Source of the DNA: Hyalangium minutum
GTDB taxonomy: Bacteria > Myxococcota > Myxococcia > Myxococcales > Myxococcaceae
NCBI RefSeq assembly: GCF_000737315.1
Contig: NZ_JMCB01000005.1
Location: 1 to 64,000 of the forward strand
DNA: 64,000 bases
Direction of reading: 5' to 3'
Position 1 is the first letter of the stretch, and the number at the start of each line of letters is the position of its first letter. Positions 53,733 to 64,000 of the stretch are shown in pieces. Position numbers and translations under genes: made by a program. The notes below the pieces were generated by a model. That model was not told the origin of the DNA, did no database searches, and was given only the letters and a program-made list of their open reading frames with translations.

Positions 53733-55985
53733 CTACACCGCCGGAGGTCCAGGCGGTGTCTCCGAGGTCCTGCGAGGGAGGCTCACCGTGAACAGCGCTC
53801 CCTGGCCGGGCGCGCTCTCCACCTGGATGGTGCCGCGCATCGCCTCGACGATGGTGCGGGTGATGTAGAGGCCCAGGCCCAGGCCTCCATAATGGCGCTC
53901 GGACACGGCGCGCTCGAAGCGGTCGAAGATACGCTTCAGGTGCTCGGGCGCGATGCCGATGCCCTCGTCCTTCACGCGCAGCACGGCGCGGTGTTGATCG
54001 GCCTCCAGGGTGACATGGAAGGGCTTGCCGGCGCCGTACTTGATGGCGTTGTCGACCAGGTTGGTGATGACCTGCTCCAACCGGAGCCGATCCCAGCGGC
54101 CCGTCACAGCCTCGGGCGCCGCCTTCAGCACGAGCTTCGAGCCCACCCGCACGGCCTCGGGCTCGTAGCGCGCCACCACCTCGCGGACGAGCGCCCCCAG
54201 CTCCACCTCCTCGAGCTCCAGCCGCAGCCGCCCGCCGACGATGCGGGACACGTCGAGCAGATCACTCACGAGCTCGGACAGCTTCTTCACCTGCCGGGAA
54301 CCTACGGCGATGTAGTCCTCCACCGCGTGGCGGAGGGGCGAGTCCGGCTGCCGCCGCACCTCACGCATGAGCATCTGCAGCTTCAGGCTCAGGGGGGTGA
54401 GGGGCGTCTTCAGCTCATGGCTGGCGATGGAGAGGAACTCATCGCGCAGGCGGATGGCATCCTGGGCCTCCCGGTAGAGCCGGGCGTTCTCGACGGAGAG
54501 GGCGGCGCGCCGCGCGAGCTCCCCCAGCACGGTGAGCTCCGCGGGCGTGTAGCGCCGGCCGGAGTGGGACATGGAGAAGGTGAGCACCCCGAGCGTTCGC
54601 CCACGCGCCACCAAGGGCGCCGAGATCAGCGAGCGGATGCGCGTAGCGGCCAGCTGTTTTGCATGGGCCTCGTTCAGCGCGATCTCTTGAGGCGAGAGGT
54701 CCGCGAGGAGGACCGGCCGGCCTTCGGTAATGGCCTGAATGACGGGGTACCGGGGGTTGCCGTCCCGGGTGACGATGGTGCACCGGATTTCTTGTGCGAG
54801 CGCATCATCCTCGGGATCCGTGCACACGGCCTCGACCCGCTTGAACGAGCCATCCGCCTGCATCAGGTCCACCAGGCACCAGTCCGCGAGCGACGGCACG
54901 GCGAGCCGGGCCACGTTGCGCAGGGTGGCCTCGTAGTCCAGGGACGAAGCCAGCACGGCGCTCGCCTCGGAGAGGAAGCGCGCGTTCGACTCGGCGCGCT
55001 TGAGCTCCTCCTCGGCATGGCGCTGCTCCGTCACGTCCCGCTGGGTGCCCCAGGCGCCCAGCAGCAGCCCATCGCGGACGATGCCCACCAGGTTGTTGAG
55101 GAAGACCTTGGGCGTGCCGTCGTGGGCCAGCTCCCGCGACTCCGCGTCCTCGATGCGGTAGCCGTTCTGGAGGAAGCCCCGGAGGTACTCGAGATTGCGG
55201 GGATCCTCGCGGACGAGCAGCGCGTCCAGCCGCGTGCCGATGAGCTCCGTGGCGCTGTGGAAGCCGTACATCCGGGCCATGGCGTCATTGCACTCGGCGA
55301 TGTGCGTATTCCGGAAGACGAGGTCGAGCTGCTCGTCCACTGGCACCGTGGTGGGAATGGGAGGGCATACGTCCACACGGTAGATGCCCTCGGTGCTCTT
55401 GGTGACGAAGGCCCGGTAGCGCTCCTCGCTGCGCTTCAGCTCGGCGGCCAGCGCCTCCGCCTGCTGGCGCGCGCGGACGATGGCCGTGACTTCGAAGCCG
55501 AAGCTGGCGATTCCGTCCACGTTGCCCTGGGCGTCTCGCGTGGGCTGATAGATGAAGTTGACGAAGCGCTCGCTCTGCGAGCCGTCGGGATGGGTCACCT
55601 TGACGGGCATCTGCTCCGCGGAGAAGGGCTTGCCTGTCGAATAGACCTGATCCAGGAGCGCGACGAAGCCCTGAAACACGGCTCCGGGCAGGGCCTCGTG
55701 GAAGGGCTTGCCCAGGAGCTCCCGGTGGCCCAGCGCCTCGGTGTTCCTCGGATTGGAGAGCACGTAGACGTGCTGGGGGCCACGGAACAGGGCGATGAAG
55801 GCAGGTGCCTCCATGATCAGGTTTTCGAGGCGGACTCGCTCGGCCGCTGCTTCGCGGCGGGCCTGGCGCTCGCGTTCCAGCAGAACGGCCTGCTCCTCGG
55901 GACTCGGGGGCTGCGGGGGATCACGCGTCGGCACGGAGGGGCTCCCTCCGGCGGGCATAGCACCCATGCCCGCGGCCCATGTCAC
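53733..55985 (-). CDS. PAS-PAS-GAF sensor histidine kinase
   Basis: Two PAS domains and a GAF (LAVPSLADWC); H-box ASHELKTPL; NLVDNAIKY, DEGIGI and GLGLGL. Exact start uncertain. Confidence 0.92.
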   Translation of the reverse strand: MTWAAGMGAMPAGGSPSVPTRDPPQPPSPEEQAVLLERERQARREAAAERVRLENLIMEAPAFIALFRGPQHVYVLSNPRNTEALGHRELLGKPFHEALPGAVFQGFVALLDQVYSTGKPFSAEQMPVKVTHPDGSQSERFVNFIYQPTRDAQGNVDGIASFGFEVTAIVRARQQAEALAAELKRSEERYRAFVTKSTEGIYRVDVCPPIPTTVPVDEQLDLVFRNTHIAECNDAMARMYGFHSATELIGTRLDALLVREDPRNLEYLRGFLQNGYRIEDAESRELAHDGTPKVFLNNLVGIVRDGLLLGAWGTQRDVTEQRHAEEELKRAESNARFLSEASAVLASSLDYEATLRNVARLAVPSLADWCLVDLMQADGSFKRVEAVCTDPEDDALAQEIRCTIVTRDGNPRYPVIQAITEGRPVLLADLSPQEIALNEAHAKQLAATRIRSLISAPLVARGRTLGVLTFSMSHSGRRYTPAELTVLGELARRAALSVENARLYREAQDAIRLRDEFLSIASHELKTPLTPLSLKLQMLMREVRRQPDSPLRHAVEDYIAVGSRQVKKLSELVSDLLDVSRIVGGRLRLELEEVELGALVREVVARYEPEAVRVGSKLVLKAAPEAVTGRWDRLRLEQVITNLVDNAIKYGAGKPFHVTLEADQHRAVLRVKDEGIGIAPEHLKRIFDRFERAVSERHYGGLGLGLYITRTIVEAMRGTIQVESAPGQGALFTVSLPRRTSETPPGPPAV

Positions 55986-56013
55986 CCAATTGGGGAGTCC
56001 TACGGATTCTCAA

Positions 56014-58113
56014 CTACTTGCGCAGGAGGGTGCCCTCGAGGAAGAAGGCAGCGCACGCGGCGACGATGAGCCATGTCCACAAAGGCACTTTGGGGCGCTC
56101 CGCGTCGCTGCTGGAGGCCTTCACGGTCTCCTCGCCGAAGTAGGCCGTGAGGGTATCTGTCGGGACCCGCGTCAAATCACTCTCGGCCGGATCCAGCGTC
56201 ACCGGGAAGTCGAGCGCCTGGAGCGGCTTACCCTCGGCGCCCAGCACGGCATGCAAGCCCGGCTCGTTCAGAGGTCCTGCCACGAGGCTGCCATCCGGCT
56301 GCGCCTTTACCGGGAGCTCAGTCCCATCCGGCGTACGGACAGCGGTGACGGTCTGGCCCGTCTCGGGCCGCATCGTCACGGACTCACCCACGCGCACGCG
56401 CTGCTCGGCGCGCTCCTCGAGCGAGCCGGTGAGGTACGCGGCGAAGCGCTGCATGAGCGGGAGGAAGCTGGTGCGGATGGCGAAGTCGCTCCAGTCGCGA
56501 TCCACGGTGCTGGTGAAGACGGCCACGCGGCCCTTCCCCCGGCGGGCCACGGCCACCGCGGGAGCCCCATCCTCATAGGTGGCCAGCACCTGGCTGGTGC
56601 CAGCGGCCGCGGGGTTGTCCGCCTCCAGGAGCATGTACTTGTAGAAGCGGGCGCCAATGAGGCCCTCCTCGGCGCGGCCGGTGAAGGGCGAGAACAGGGG
56701 GTGCTCCACCTGCACCTGCGCCAGCTTCGCGGACTGGGTCTCCGCGTCGGGGTCTTCGCGCTCCACGCTGGTGCGCACCAGGCGCAGTGGCCGGGGCAGC
56801 AGCGCACCGAGCCGCGAGTTGTACGCGTCCGGGTCCACCCGGTCGCCCATGCTCACGAAGAGGCCGCCGCCCGCGTTCACGAAGGCGTTGAGCCGCTCCG
56901 CGTCCTCCTTGCTCGGGGCGGGCACGTTGAGCATCAGCACCAAATCGTAGGCGGAGAAGTTCTCCCTCAAACCTGCCTCCGTGTCGCGCACGGCCACCTC
57001 CACGGGAGAGCCCGGGGCGGACAGGGCCGCCTCCACGAAGAAGGCCTCGTCCCGGTAGCGCGTGGCGTGCGGCGAGCCGTTGATGACCAGGGCCTTGAGC
57101 GCGCGCGGCACCGGCAGTACGAAGGCGCGCCGGTCGTCCTCGGGGAGCTCGTCCGGCGCGAGCGTCACCGAGCCCTGCGCCGTGCCACCCCGGGCGAAGC
57201 GCACCGTGAGCGTCTTCTGCGCGGTGCCGTTGGCGGGCACGTCCACGAAGCCCTTGGCGAGCGTGGACTCGCCCTCGCGCACGGCCGCCTCCAGGTCCTT
57301 CAGCGCCTCCGGGCCGTAGTTCTTCACCGTGAAGGTGAACTGGAAAGCACGGGGTCCGGCCTGCAGCGCGGGCTCGATCTTGAGGTCAACCAGCGCGTGG
57401 TTGGGCAGCACGTCCTGGCCGGACACCACGTCACGCAGCACCACCTCGGGCCGCACCAGCTTGCCGGTGGGGTCCTTCACGGTGGGCGGCGGGGCCTCCA
57501 GCCGGAACGCCGTGGCGGTCATGTCGGAGATGAGCACCAGCCGCTTGCCGGGCGTGGGGTTCTCCTCCAATGCGCGCGCGGCCATGTCCATGCAGCGCGA
57601 CAGGTCCGCGGTGCCATAGGTGGGCTTGGCCTCGTCGATGAGCGCCCGGAGCCGCGCGCGATCGAAGCCGAGCGGAGGCGGCGCGGTGGGCGTGCTCGTG
57701 CACACCAGCACCGTGGAGGGCTCATCGGCCTGCAGGTCCTTCAGCGCATCCCGCGCCTCATCCCGGCCGCGCTCGAAGAGCGAGGAGTCCTTGCCCCACC
57801 GCATGGAGAGCGAGGCATCCAGCACCACGGCGGTGGCGGCGGGGCCCTTGGCGACAGCCGCGGCCTGGGCATCCTGTCGCAGCTCGGGCCGGGCCAGCGC
57901 GATGGGGATGGCCAGGAGGATGAGGGTGCGGAGGATATAGAGGAGGAGCCGCTTGAGCTTGAGCCGGCTGGCCGTGCGCTTCTGGCTGCGCAGCACGAAG
58001 GCCATGGGCGGGAACGGATGGGGCCGGGGCCGCCGCCGGTCGAACAGGTGCACCAGCAGGGGGATGAAGGCGCCGAGCGCGCCCCACAGCATCCACGGAT
58101 TGCCGAAGATCAC
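56014..58113 (-). CDS. BatA domain + vWA domain membrane protein
   Basis: FGNPWMLWGALGAFIPLLVHL BatA N-terminus; VLDASLSM MIDAS motif; C-terminal TM. Confidence 0.88.
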   Translation of the reverse strand: MIFGNPWMLWGALGAFIPLLVHLFDRRRPRPHPFPPMAFVLRSQKRTASRLKLKRLLLYILRTLILLAIPIALARPELRQDAQAAAVAKGPAATAVVLDASLSMRWGKDSSLFERGRDEARDALKDLQADEPSTVLVCTSTPTAPPPLGFDRARLRALIDEAKPTYGTADLSRCMDMAARALEENPTPGKRLVLISDMTATAFRLEAPPPTVKDPTGKLVRPEVVLRDVVSGQDVLPNHALVDLKIEPALQAGPRAFQFTFTVKNYGPEALKDLEAAVREGESTLAKGFVDVPANGTAQKTLTVRFARGGTAQGSVTLAPDELPEDDRRAFVLPVPRALKALVINGSPHATRYRDEAFFVEAALSAPGSPVEVAVRDTEAGLRENFSAYDLVLMLNVPAPSKEDAERLNAFVNAGGGLFVSMGDRVDPDAYNSRLGALLPRPLRLVRTSVEREDPDAETQSAKLAQVQVEHPLFSPFTGRAEEGLIGARFYKYMLLEADNPAAAGTSQVLATYEDGAPAVAVARRGKGRVAVFTSTVDRDWSDFAIRTSFLPLMQRFAAYLTGSLEERAEQRVRVGESVTMRPETGQTVTAVRTPDGTELPVKAQPDGSLVAGPLNEPGLHAVLGAEGKPLQALDFPVTLDPAESDLTRVPTDTLTAYFGEETVKASSSDAERPKVPLWTWLIVAACAAFFLEGTLLRK

Positions 58114-58991
58114 CGACGCCTCCCGCGCCGCCCGAGGAACCGCAGCAGCACCTCGTCCAGCCGCTCGTCCGTGCGCACCAGCTCGTAGTCCACGTCCGCC
58201 TCGGCGCACGCGGACTTCACGTTGGCCAGGAAGGCGCCGAACTCTTCCAGGTAGCTCTCCTTGATTTCGCGCGGGTTCACCTCGACGCGCGCATCCCCCT
58301 CCATGTCGAGGAAGAGGGTGGGATCATCGAAGGGGAAGGTGAGCTCGGCGGGATCCACCACGTGGAAGAGCACCACGTCGTTCTTGCGCTGGCGCAGGGC
58401 GAGGATGCGCTTGAGCGCGTCCTGGTTCTCGTCCAGTAGGTCCGAGAGGACGATGACGGTGGAGCGGCGCGGGAGCACCTCGGCGAGGTGATCCGCGGCG
58501 CTGACCAGGTTCGTCGTTCCCTGGGCCTGGGTGCGCTCCAGCGTGTCCAGCAGCACGTTCAGGTGCCCGGCGGAGGCGCGCGGCGGCACGTCCTTGAACG
58601 CATTGCCCACCATGACCGCGAGCCCGGCGGCATCCTGCTGGCGCACGAGCAGGTAGCACAGCGCTCCGGCGAGGATGTTGGCGACCTCGAGCTTGGAGAG
58701 CGCGCCGCTGCGGTAGCCCATGGAGGCGGACGCATCCACCACCATGACCGAGCGCAGGTTCGTCTCATGCTCGAAGCGCTTGATGTAGTACTTGTCGAAC
58801 TTGCCGTAGGCCTTCCAGTCCAGGTGGCGCAGCTCGTCGCCGGGGGCGTACTCCTTGTGCTCGGCAAACTCCACGCTCTGGCCCTGGTGGGGGCTCTTGT
58901 GGAGGCCGGAGAGCACGCCCTCCATGACCGCGCGGGCGCGCAGCTTCACTCCCTGCAACCGGGACAGCGTCTGGGCGTCGAGCAGCGCCAT
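58110..58991 (-). CDS. DUF58 domain protein
   Basis: GLHKSPHQGQSVEFAEHKEYAPGDELRHLDWK and VVDASASM motifs. Confidence 0.93.
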   Translation of the reverse strand: MALLDAQTLSRLQGVKLRARAVMEGVLSGLHKSPHQGQSVEFAEHKEYAPGDELRHLDWKAYGKFDKYYIKRFEHETNLRSVMVVDASASMGYRSGALSKLEVANILAGALCYLLVRQQDAAGLAVMVGNAFKDVPPRASAGHLNVLLDTLERTQAQGTTNLVSAADHLAEVLPRRSTVIVLSDLLDENQDALKRILALRQRKNDVVLFHVVDPAELTFPFDDPTLFLDMEGDARVEVNPREIKESYLEEFGAFLANVKSACAEADVDYELVRTDERLDEVLLRFLGRRGRRR

Positions 58992-59003
58992 GGAACCCCG
59001 CGG

Positions 59004-60035
<1,032 letters not shown>

Positions 60036-60184
60036 AAGGGGGTTCTCTTAACCTTGGAGGGGCGCGGGGACCATCGGTTTCCGCAGCTCCTGTCCGTGGC
60101 GGACGTAGCGAGGCAACCCTTGAAGGGCGCGCCTATTCCGTCCCTCCTGCTGGGTAGGAGCGCGCCGCGAGCTCGGGTGCCTGC

Positions 60185-61204
60185 TCACCCAGGGGCTGCA
60201 CCCTCGGGAGGCTCTTCGGGGAGCTGGAGGTCCTCGATGCGAGAGAAGGCATCGAGAATGGCGCGGGCAATGATGGAGCGGCCGGCGACGAGCCCACGGA
60301 CGTGCCCTCCTTGGAGGTAGCGCAGCTCCGCGCCGCGCCAGTGCTGCAGCAGGCGCAAGGTGGAGGCGGAGGGAACGAACCCATCCTTCCGCGCGGCGAC
60401 GATGATGGCGCGGCGAGGGTTCGGCAGGGGCGCGAGCTGGGTGACGGAGAAGCCCTCGAGCAGCTCGGCCAGCCGCTGGCGCGCGGCCTCCGGTCCTCCA
60501 CAGGTGCGGCCCAGGGTCTCCCAGTCGGGCAGGGCGGACAGCACTCCCTGCGTGAACACGGGCGCCGCCGAGTGCGCCACGGCCACGGGGACGACGGCCA
60601 GGGGCAGAGGGAAGAAGCACGCGGCGTAGGCGGCCATGCTGCCGCCCATGCTGTACCCGGAGATGCCCACCTTGGGGTGGCCCCGCGCCAGCAGCCAGCC
60701 CAGCAGCGCCACGGCCTCCACCGCCGTCGCCCGGCCCATCAACAACAGATCTGCCACCGTGCGCAGGGCCTCGCCCTTCTGCCCGGGAGGACGGCGCGAT
60801 CCGTAATAAGGATTCTCCAGCAGCACCGCCCCCATGCCCGCGGCGAGCAGCGGCTGGGCCAGGAAGCGCCTCAGTCCAAACCCATGGTCTCCAGAGGAAG
60901 CCAGGAAGAGGCACACCGGGGGGCGCGGCCCGGCTTTGACGGGGAGCAGGAGCTGGAAGCGGGCCTCGGCGGACGCGGTGGGCAGAGGTCCTACCGCCGC
61001 AGGGCTCGGGAAACGTCCCTCCTGTACCCACAGTCCGCCCTCACGCCGTGACGCACCCAGCGTCACCTCATGAAGCTCGGGGAGTGCGAAACCCTGAGGC
61101 CCCCGGCTGAGCCGCTCGAGCAGGGCCTGAGAACCCCACCCCTCCTCAAAGAAGGGGGGCCGGCGTGACATCAGCCGCCCCGCCAGGGCATCCATCCAGT
61201 GCAT
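60185..61204 (-). CDS. Alpha/beta hydrolase (DUF2048/ABHD18-like)
   Basis: LENPYYGSRRP, nucleophile elbow GYSMGG, KDGFVP and GGHV motifs. Confidence 0.85.
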   Translation of the reverse strand: MHWMDALAGRLMSRRPPFFEEGWGSQALLERLSRGPQGFALPELHEVTLGASRREGGLWVQEGRFPSPAAVGPLPTASAEARFQLLLPVKAGPRPPVCLFLASSGDHGFGLRRFLAQPLLAAGMGAVLLENPYYGSRRPPGQKGEALRTVADLLLMGRATAVEAVALLGWLLARGHPKVGISGYSMGGSMAAYAACFFPLPLAVVPVAVAHSAAPVFTQGVLSALPDWETLGRTCGGPEAARQRLAELLEGFSVTQLAPLPNPRRAIIVAARKDGFVPSASTLRLLQHWRGAELRYLQGGHVRGLVAGRSIIARAILDAFSRIEDLQLPEEPPEGAAPG

Positions 61205-61718
61205 GCGCCCACCTACTCCGAGGTTCAATTTGCCACAACGTGAGAAAGACAGGGTGGGTCAGCGCAAGAGGATCACTTCACCCGAAGCAGCGTACATACC
61301 GGAGATTCCTGAAGAAAATGCGCTTTGTGACCTGGTGGACTGAAAATCTCACCCACGAGGGATTTCCATGGGTCTGAGTACACCCGGGTCAATTTTTCCC
61401 CGTCCTTCCGTTCGGTTCAGCAGAATCTTCCAGGAACCGGCCAGATCTCTGGCACTCAGCGGAAGGGTCGCCAAAAACCCCCCGGGTTTTCTTTTACCCC
61501 GTGCCGCAAAGCATGGAAATGAAAGACAGCAAGCGACACGCACCCAGAAAAAGCGTCAGGGAAATCCGTTGATAATGGAAATTCAACTTAGACGGGTCCG
61601 TGGAGTGTTTCTGGCCTCCAATAAACTAAGATGAGAGGGCAGGCAGGAGGGCCGAAAGGTCTCTCTCGGGGGGAACTGGACGGGTGACGCAACGCCGCAT
61701 CCGCCCTCCGAGGTTGAG

Positions 61719-61733
61719 GGCACAGCGGTTGCA
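61719..61733 (+). promoter_or_regulatory. sigma54 (-24/-12) promoter of the StyA-like gene
   Basis: GGCACAGCGGTTGCA matches GGCAC-N5-TTGCW with exact GG-N10-GC spacing, about 85 bp upstream of the ATG. Confidence 0.7.
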
Positions 61734-61817
61734 AACTCCTTCAGCCAGGGCGCGGGAGCTCGCGCCAGCAGCACCCGCCGCTCGTCATCTTCGACTCACT
61801 GGATTCCCGGAGGCACC

Positions 61818-63203
61818 ATGCGCCGTATCGCCATCATCGGTTCTGGACAAGCAGGACTCCTCGCCGCGCATGCGCTGCTGAAGGCCGGTTATGAGGTGAC
61901 GCTCTATTCGGATCGCACTCCTGAGAAGTGGTTGAACGAGAGCAAGCCGACTGGATCCGCCACCCGCTTCGATATGGCGCTTCAGTTCGAGTACGAGCTC
62001 GGCCTCAACTCCTGGGAGAACGACGCACCTTGGGGTGAGGGCGCTCACATGACGCTCTGCCCGGTGCCGGGCAACCGCATGCTCACCCTGGCGGGCCGCC
62101 TGCGCCGGCCGTTCCTTGCCATTGACTTGCGGCTGCAGAGCTACCACTGGATGCACGAGCTCACCAAGCGCGGCGGCAAGATCGAGATCGAGTCCGTCTC
62201 CATCGAGCGCCTGGAGCAGATCGCCGCCCAGAATGATCTGACCATCGTGGCCACGGGCCGCGGTGACATGACCAACCTCTTCGAGCGCAACGCCGAGCGC
62301 AGCGTCTACGACAAGCCGCAGCGCCACCTGGCCATGGTGTGCGTGAAGGGCCCGCAGATGGGCTTCGACGGCATCCCCATGCTGGGGCTGAAGTACAACG
62401 TCCTTGGCCCTCTGGGTGAGGCCTTCTGGATCCCCTACTACCACAAGGATGTGGGGCAGAGCTGGAACCTCGTCTTCGAGGCCCGCCCGGGCAGCGCGAT
62501 GGACCGCTTCGAGGGCTGCAAGACGGGTGAGCAGGTGCTCGAGATCGGCAAGCAGGTCGTCAAGGAGTTCGTCCCCTGGGACTACGAGTGGCTCAAGGAC
62601 GCCGAGCTGTCGGACTCCTACGGCTGGCAGGTGGGGAAGTTCGCTCCCACGGTTCGCAACCCAGTGGGCCGGCTGCCCTCGGGCCGGCTGGTGGCGGCGG
62701 TGGGTGACACGGCCATGTCGCTGGACCCCATCGGGGGCCAGGGCGCCAACAACGGCAACAAGATGGTGCGCAACATGCTCGAGTGCATCGTCGCCCATGA
62801 GGATCGGCCCTTCGACGCCCAGTGGATGACGGACACCTTCGAGCGCTTCTGGGCCCGTCACGGGTACTGGACCAGCGTCCACAACAACGGGATGCTGCAG
62901 CCGGGCTCGGCCGCCCTGCGCGACCTGCTCTTCGCTCAGTACGGCAGCGATGGCCGCTTCGACAACAACACCGGCGCGCAGCGGCTGGCCAACGCCTACG
63001 TCGAGAACGGCAACGACCCGGCGATGCTCACGCCCACCCTCCAGGATCGGCGCAAGACGCACGAGTTCATCGAGAAGACGACGGGCATCTCGTGGATCCG
63101 CGCCATCGCCAGCGGAGCCATGGGTGTGGCGCGCGAGGAGTTCCGCCAGTGGCGCGGGCTGGAGCCGCGTCACCCGCTCGTGGCCGCGTACAAGGTGGCC
63201 TGA
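61818..63203 (+). CDS. Styrene/indole monooxygenase (StyA-like, group E flavoprotein)
   Basis: IIGSGQAGL, YSDRT, IDLRL, VATGRG and GDTAMSLDPIGGQGANN motifs. Confidence 0.88.
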   Translation: MRRIAIIGSGQAGLLAAHALLKAGYEVTLYSDRTPEKWLNESKPTGSATRFDMALQFEYELGLNSWENDAPWGEGAHMTLCPVPGNRMLTLAGRLRRPFLAIDLRLQSYHWMHELTKRGGKIEIESVSIERLEQIAAQNDLTIVATGRGDMTNLFERNAERSVYDKPQRHLAMVCVKGPQMGFDGIPMLGLKYNVLGPLGEAFWIPYYHKDVGQSWNLVFEARPGSAMDRFEGCKTGEQVLEIGKQVVKEFVPWDYEWLKDAELSDSYGWQVGKFAPTVRNPVGRLPSGRLVAAVGDTAMSLDPIGGQGANNGNKMVRNMLECIVAHEDRPFDAQWMTDTFERFWARHGYWTSVHNNGMLQPGSAALRDLLFAQYGSDGRFDNNTGAQRLANAYVENGNDPAMLTPTLQDRRKTHEFIEKTTGISWIRAIASGAMGVAREEFRQWRGLEPRHPLVAAYKVA

Positions 63204-63221
63204 GTACGCGGCCAGAGGAGG

Positions 63222-63249
63222 GGGGAGCCCACCCTCAGCGGGGCTCCCC
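63222..63249. terminator. GC-rich hairpin between convergent genes
   Basis: GGGGAGCCC-N10-GGGCTCCCC, a perfect 9-bp stem. Confidence 0.6.
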
Positions 63250-63285
63250 AGCTCGCCGCGCGGAGCCGAAGTCGCGCGGGTGATT

Positions 63286-64000
63286 TTAGCGGAACATCCC
63301 CGGACCCGGCGTCAGCACGGTGTCTGGGTCGTAGCGCCGCTTGGCGGCCGCCAGGTTCTCCCAGGCCGGGCCGAAGCGCGCTCGCCACTCCTCGGGAGAC
63401 AGCGTGAGGGCGGCGTGCGCGTAGTGCGTCCCCTCCCACTTCCGGTTGCGCTCGTAGAGCTCGCGGTTGTGCTGCACCATCTGCGGCACGCTGCGCTTGG
63501 CTCCTGGCGCCGCGGTCCGGAGCACACCGAACAGGAAGGAGATGTCCTCCCCCGGCGGCAGGCTGAACAGCGGGCGGGTGATGCGGCTGCGCTTGAGCAG
63601 ATAGAAGAGGACCGGGAAGTAGAAGTCCACCTCGGTGGGGGACACCTCTCGGAGCACCTCCGCGGCGAACGCGTCGAGCTTCGAGTCCGGGACGAAGAGA
63701 TCGCTCCAGGGGTGGGGCAGCGAGTACATGCCGTTCTGCCGCAGCTCCGCCAGCTGCGGAGCGAGCCGGCTCACCCACGTGGGGTACGGCAGGTCGGAGA
63801 TCGACTCGGAGCCCTGCTGGTACGACAGGCCCTTCAGCACCTGCGCATCGTCGGGACGCGACGGCTCCTTGTAGTACTGGAGGACCTGCATCCGGTGCAT
63901 CCAGCCCGTGCCGCTCCGCTCCGGCAGCGCGAAGCCCAGCACGTAGTCGATGCGCTCGTTCTCCACGGCCAGGCGCTGGTCCCGCAGCTGGGCCTCGAGG
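63286..64000 (-). CDS. FAD-linked oxidase, cytokinin-dehydrogenase-like C-terminus (5' part outside the window)
   Basis: LPHPWSDLFVP and ARFGPAWENLAAAKRRYDPDTVLTPG C-terminal motifs. Confidence 0.75.
   Translation of the reverse strand, partial: LEAQLRDQRLAVENERIDYVLGFALPERSGTGWMHRMQVLQYYKEPSRPDDAQVLKGLSYQQGSESISDLPYPTWVSRLAPQLAELRQNGMYSLPHPWSDLFVPDSKLDAFAAEVLREVSPTEVDFYFPVLFYLLKRSRITRPLFSLPPGEDISFLFGVLRTAAPGAKRSVPQMVQHNRELYERNRKWEGTHYAHAALTLSPEEWRARFGPAWENLAAAKRRYDPDTVLTPGPGMFR

Noticed and set aside
61630-61760. Possible c-di-GMP/cGAMP (GEMM) riboswitch: GAAA-capped stem, GACGCAAC, GCAAAC and several hairpins
   Set aside because: The element order does not fit GEMM-I (GCAAAC should precede the GAAA stem). 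The segment is better explained by the sigma54 promoter. An Infernal/Rfam scan would settle it.

Overview
GC-rich myxobacterial chromosome segment (Archangiaceae/Cystobacter-like). The gene context resembles the M. xanthus MXAN_6627-6652 region. The centrepiece (about 29.7-42.1 kb) is a duplicated microcin-C-like peptide-nucleotide antibiotic locus. It has two short precursors ending in Asn (36 and 46 aa; the shorter is missing from the ORF track) that share a VKTxIKAGP motif. Each precursor is followed by a conserved terminator-like hairpin and its own ThiF/MccB adenylyltransferase. The locus also encodes a HIT hydrolase with a His-to-Lys change in the triad, an HlyD adaptor and a two-gene peptidase-containing ABC exporter. 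From memory it matches the published Hyalangium minutum mcc cluster (MccH immunity), so the core is probably known. Two flanking elements have no role I know of: a divergent HTTM/SdpAB-like membrane pair and a downstream 2OG-Fe(II) oxygenase-WD40 fusion. Other content: a minor type IV pilin cluster, modABC, a type III PKS-ACP-FAAL trio, a UbiA/DprE1/DprE2-like operon, a deacetylase-caspase-TPR lipoprotein, a TetR-controlled molybdoenzyme, tandem CRP boxes beside a Crp gene and a TPR-2xcNMP gene, a RIO kinase with a Gly/His/Arg tail, MoxR-DUF58-BatA, and a StyA-like monooxygenase with a sigma54-like promoter. I saw no rRNA, tRNA, CRISPR array or transposase. Most of the long overlapping ORFs in the track are GC-rich shadow frames. 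Many starts were re-assigned by eye.
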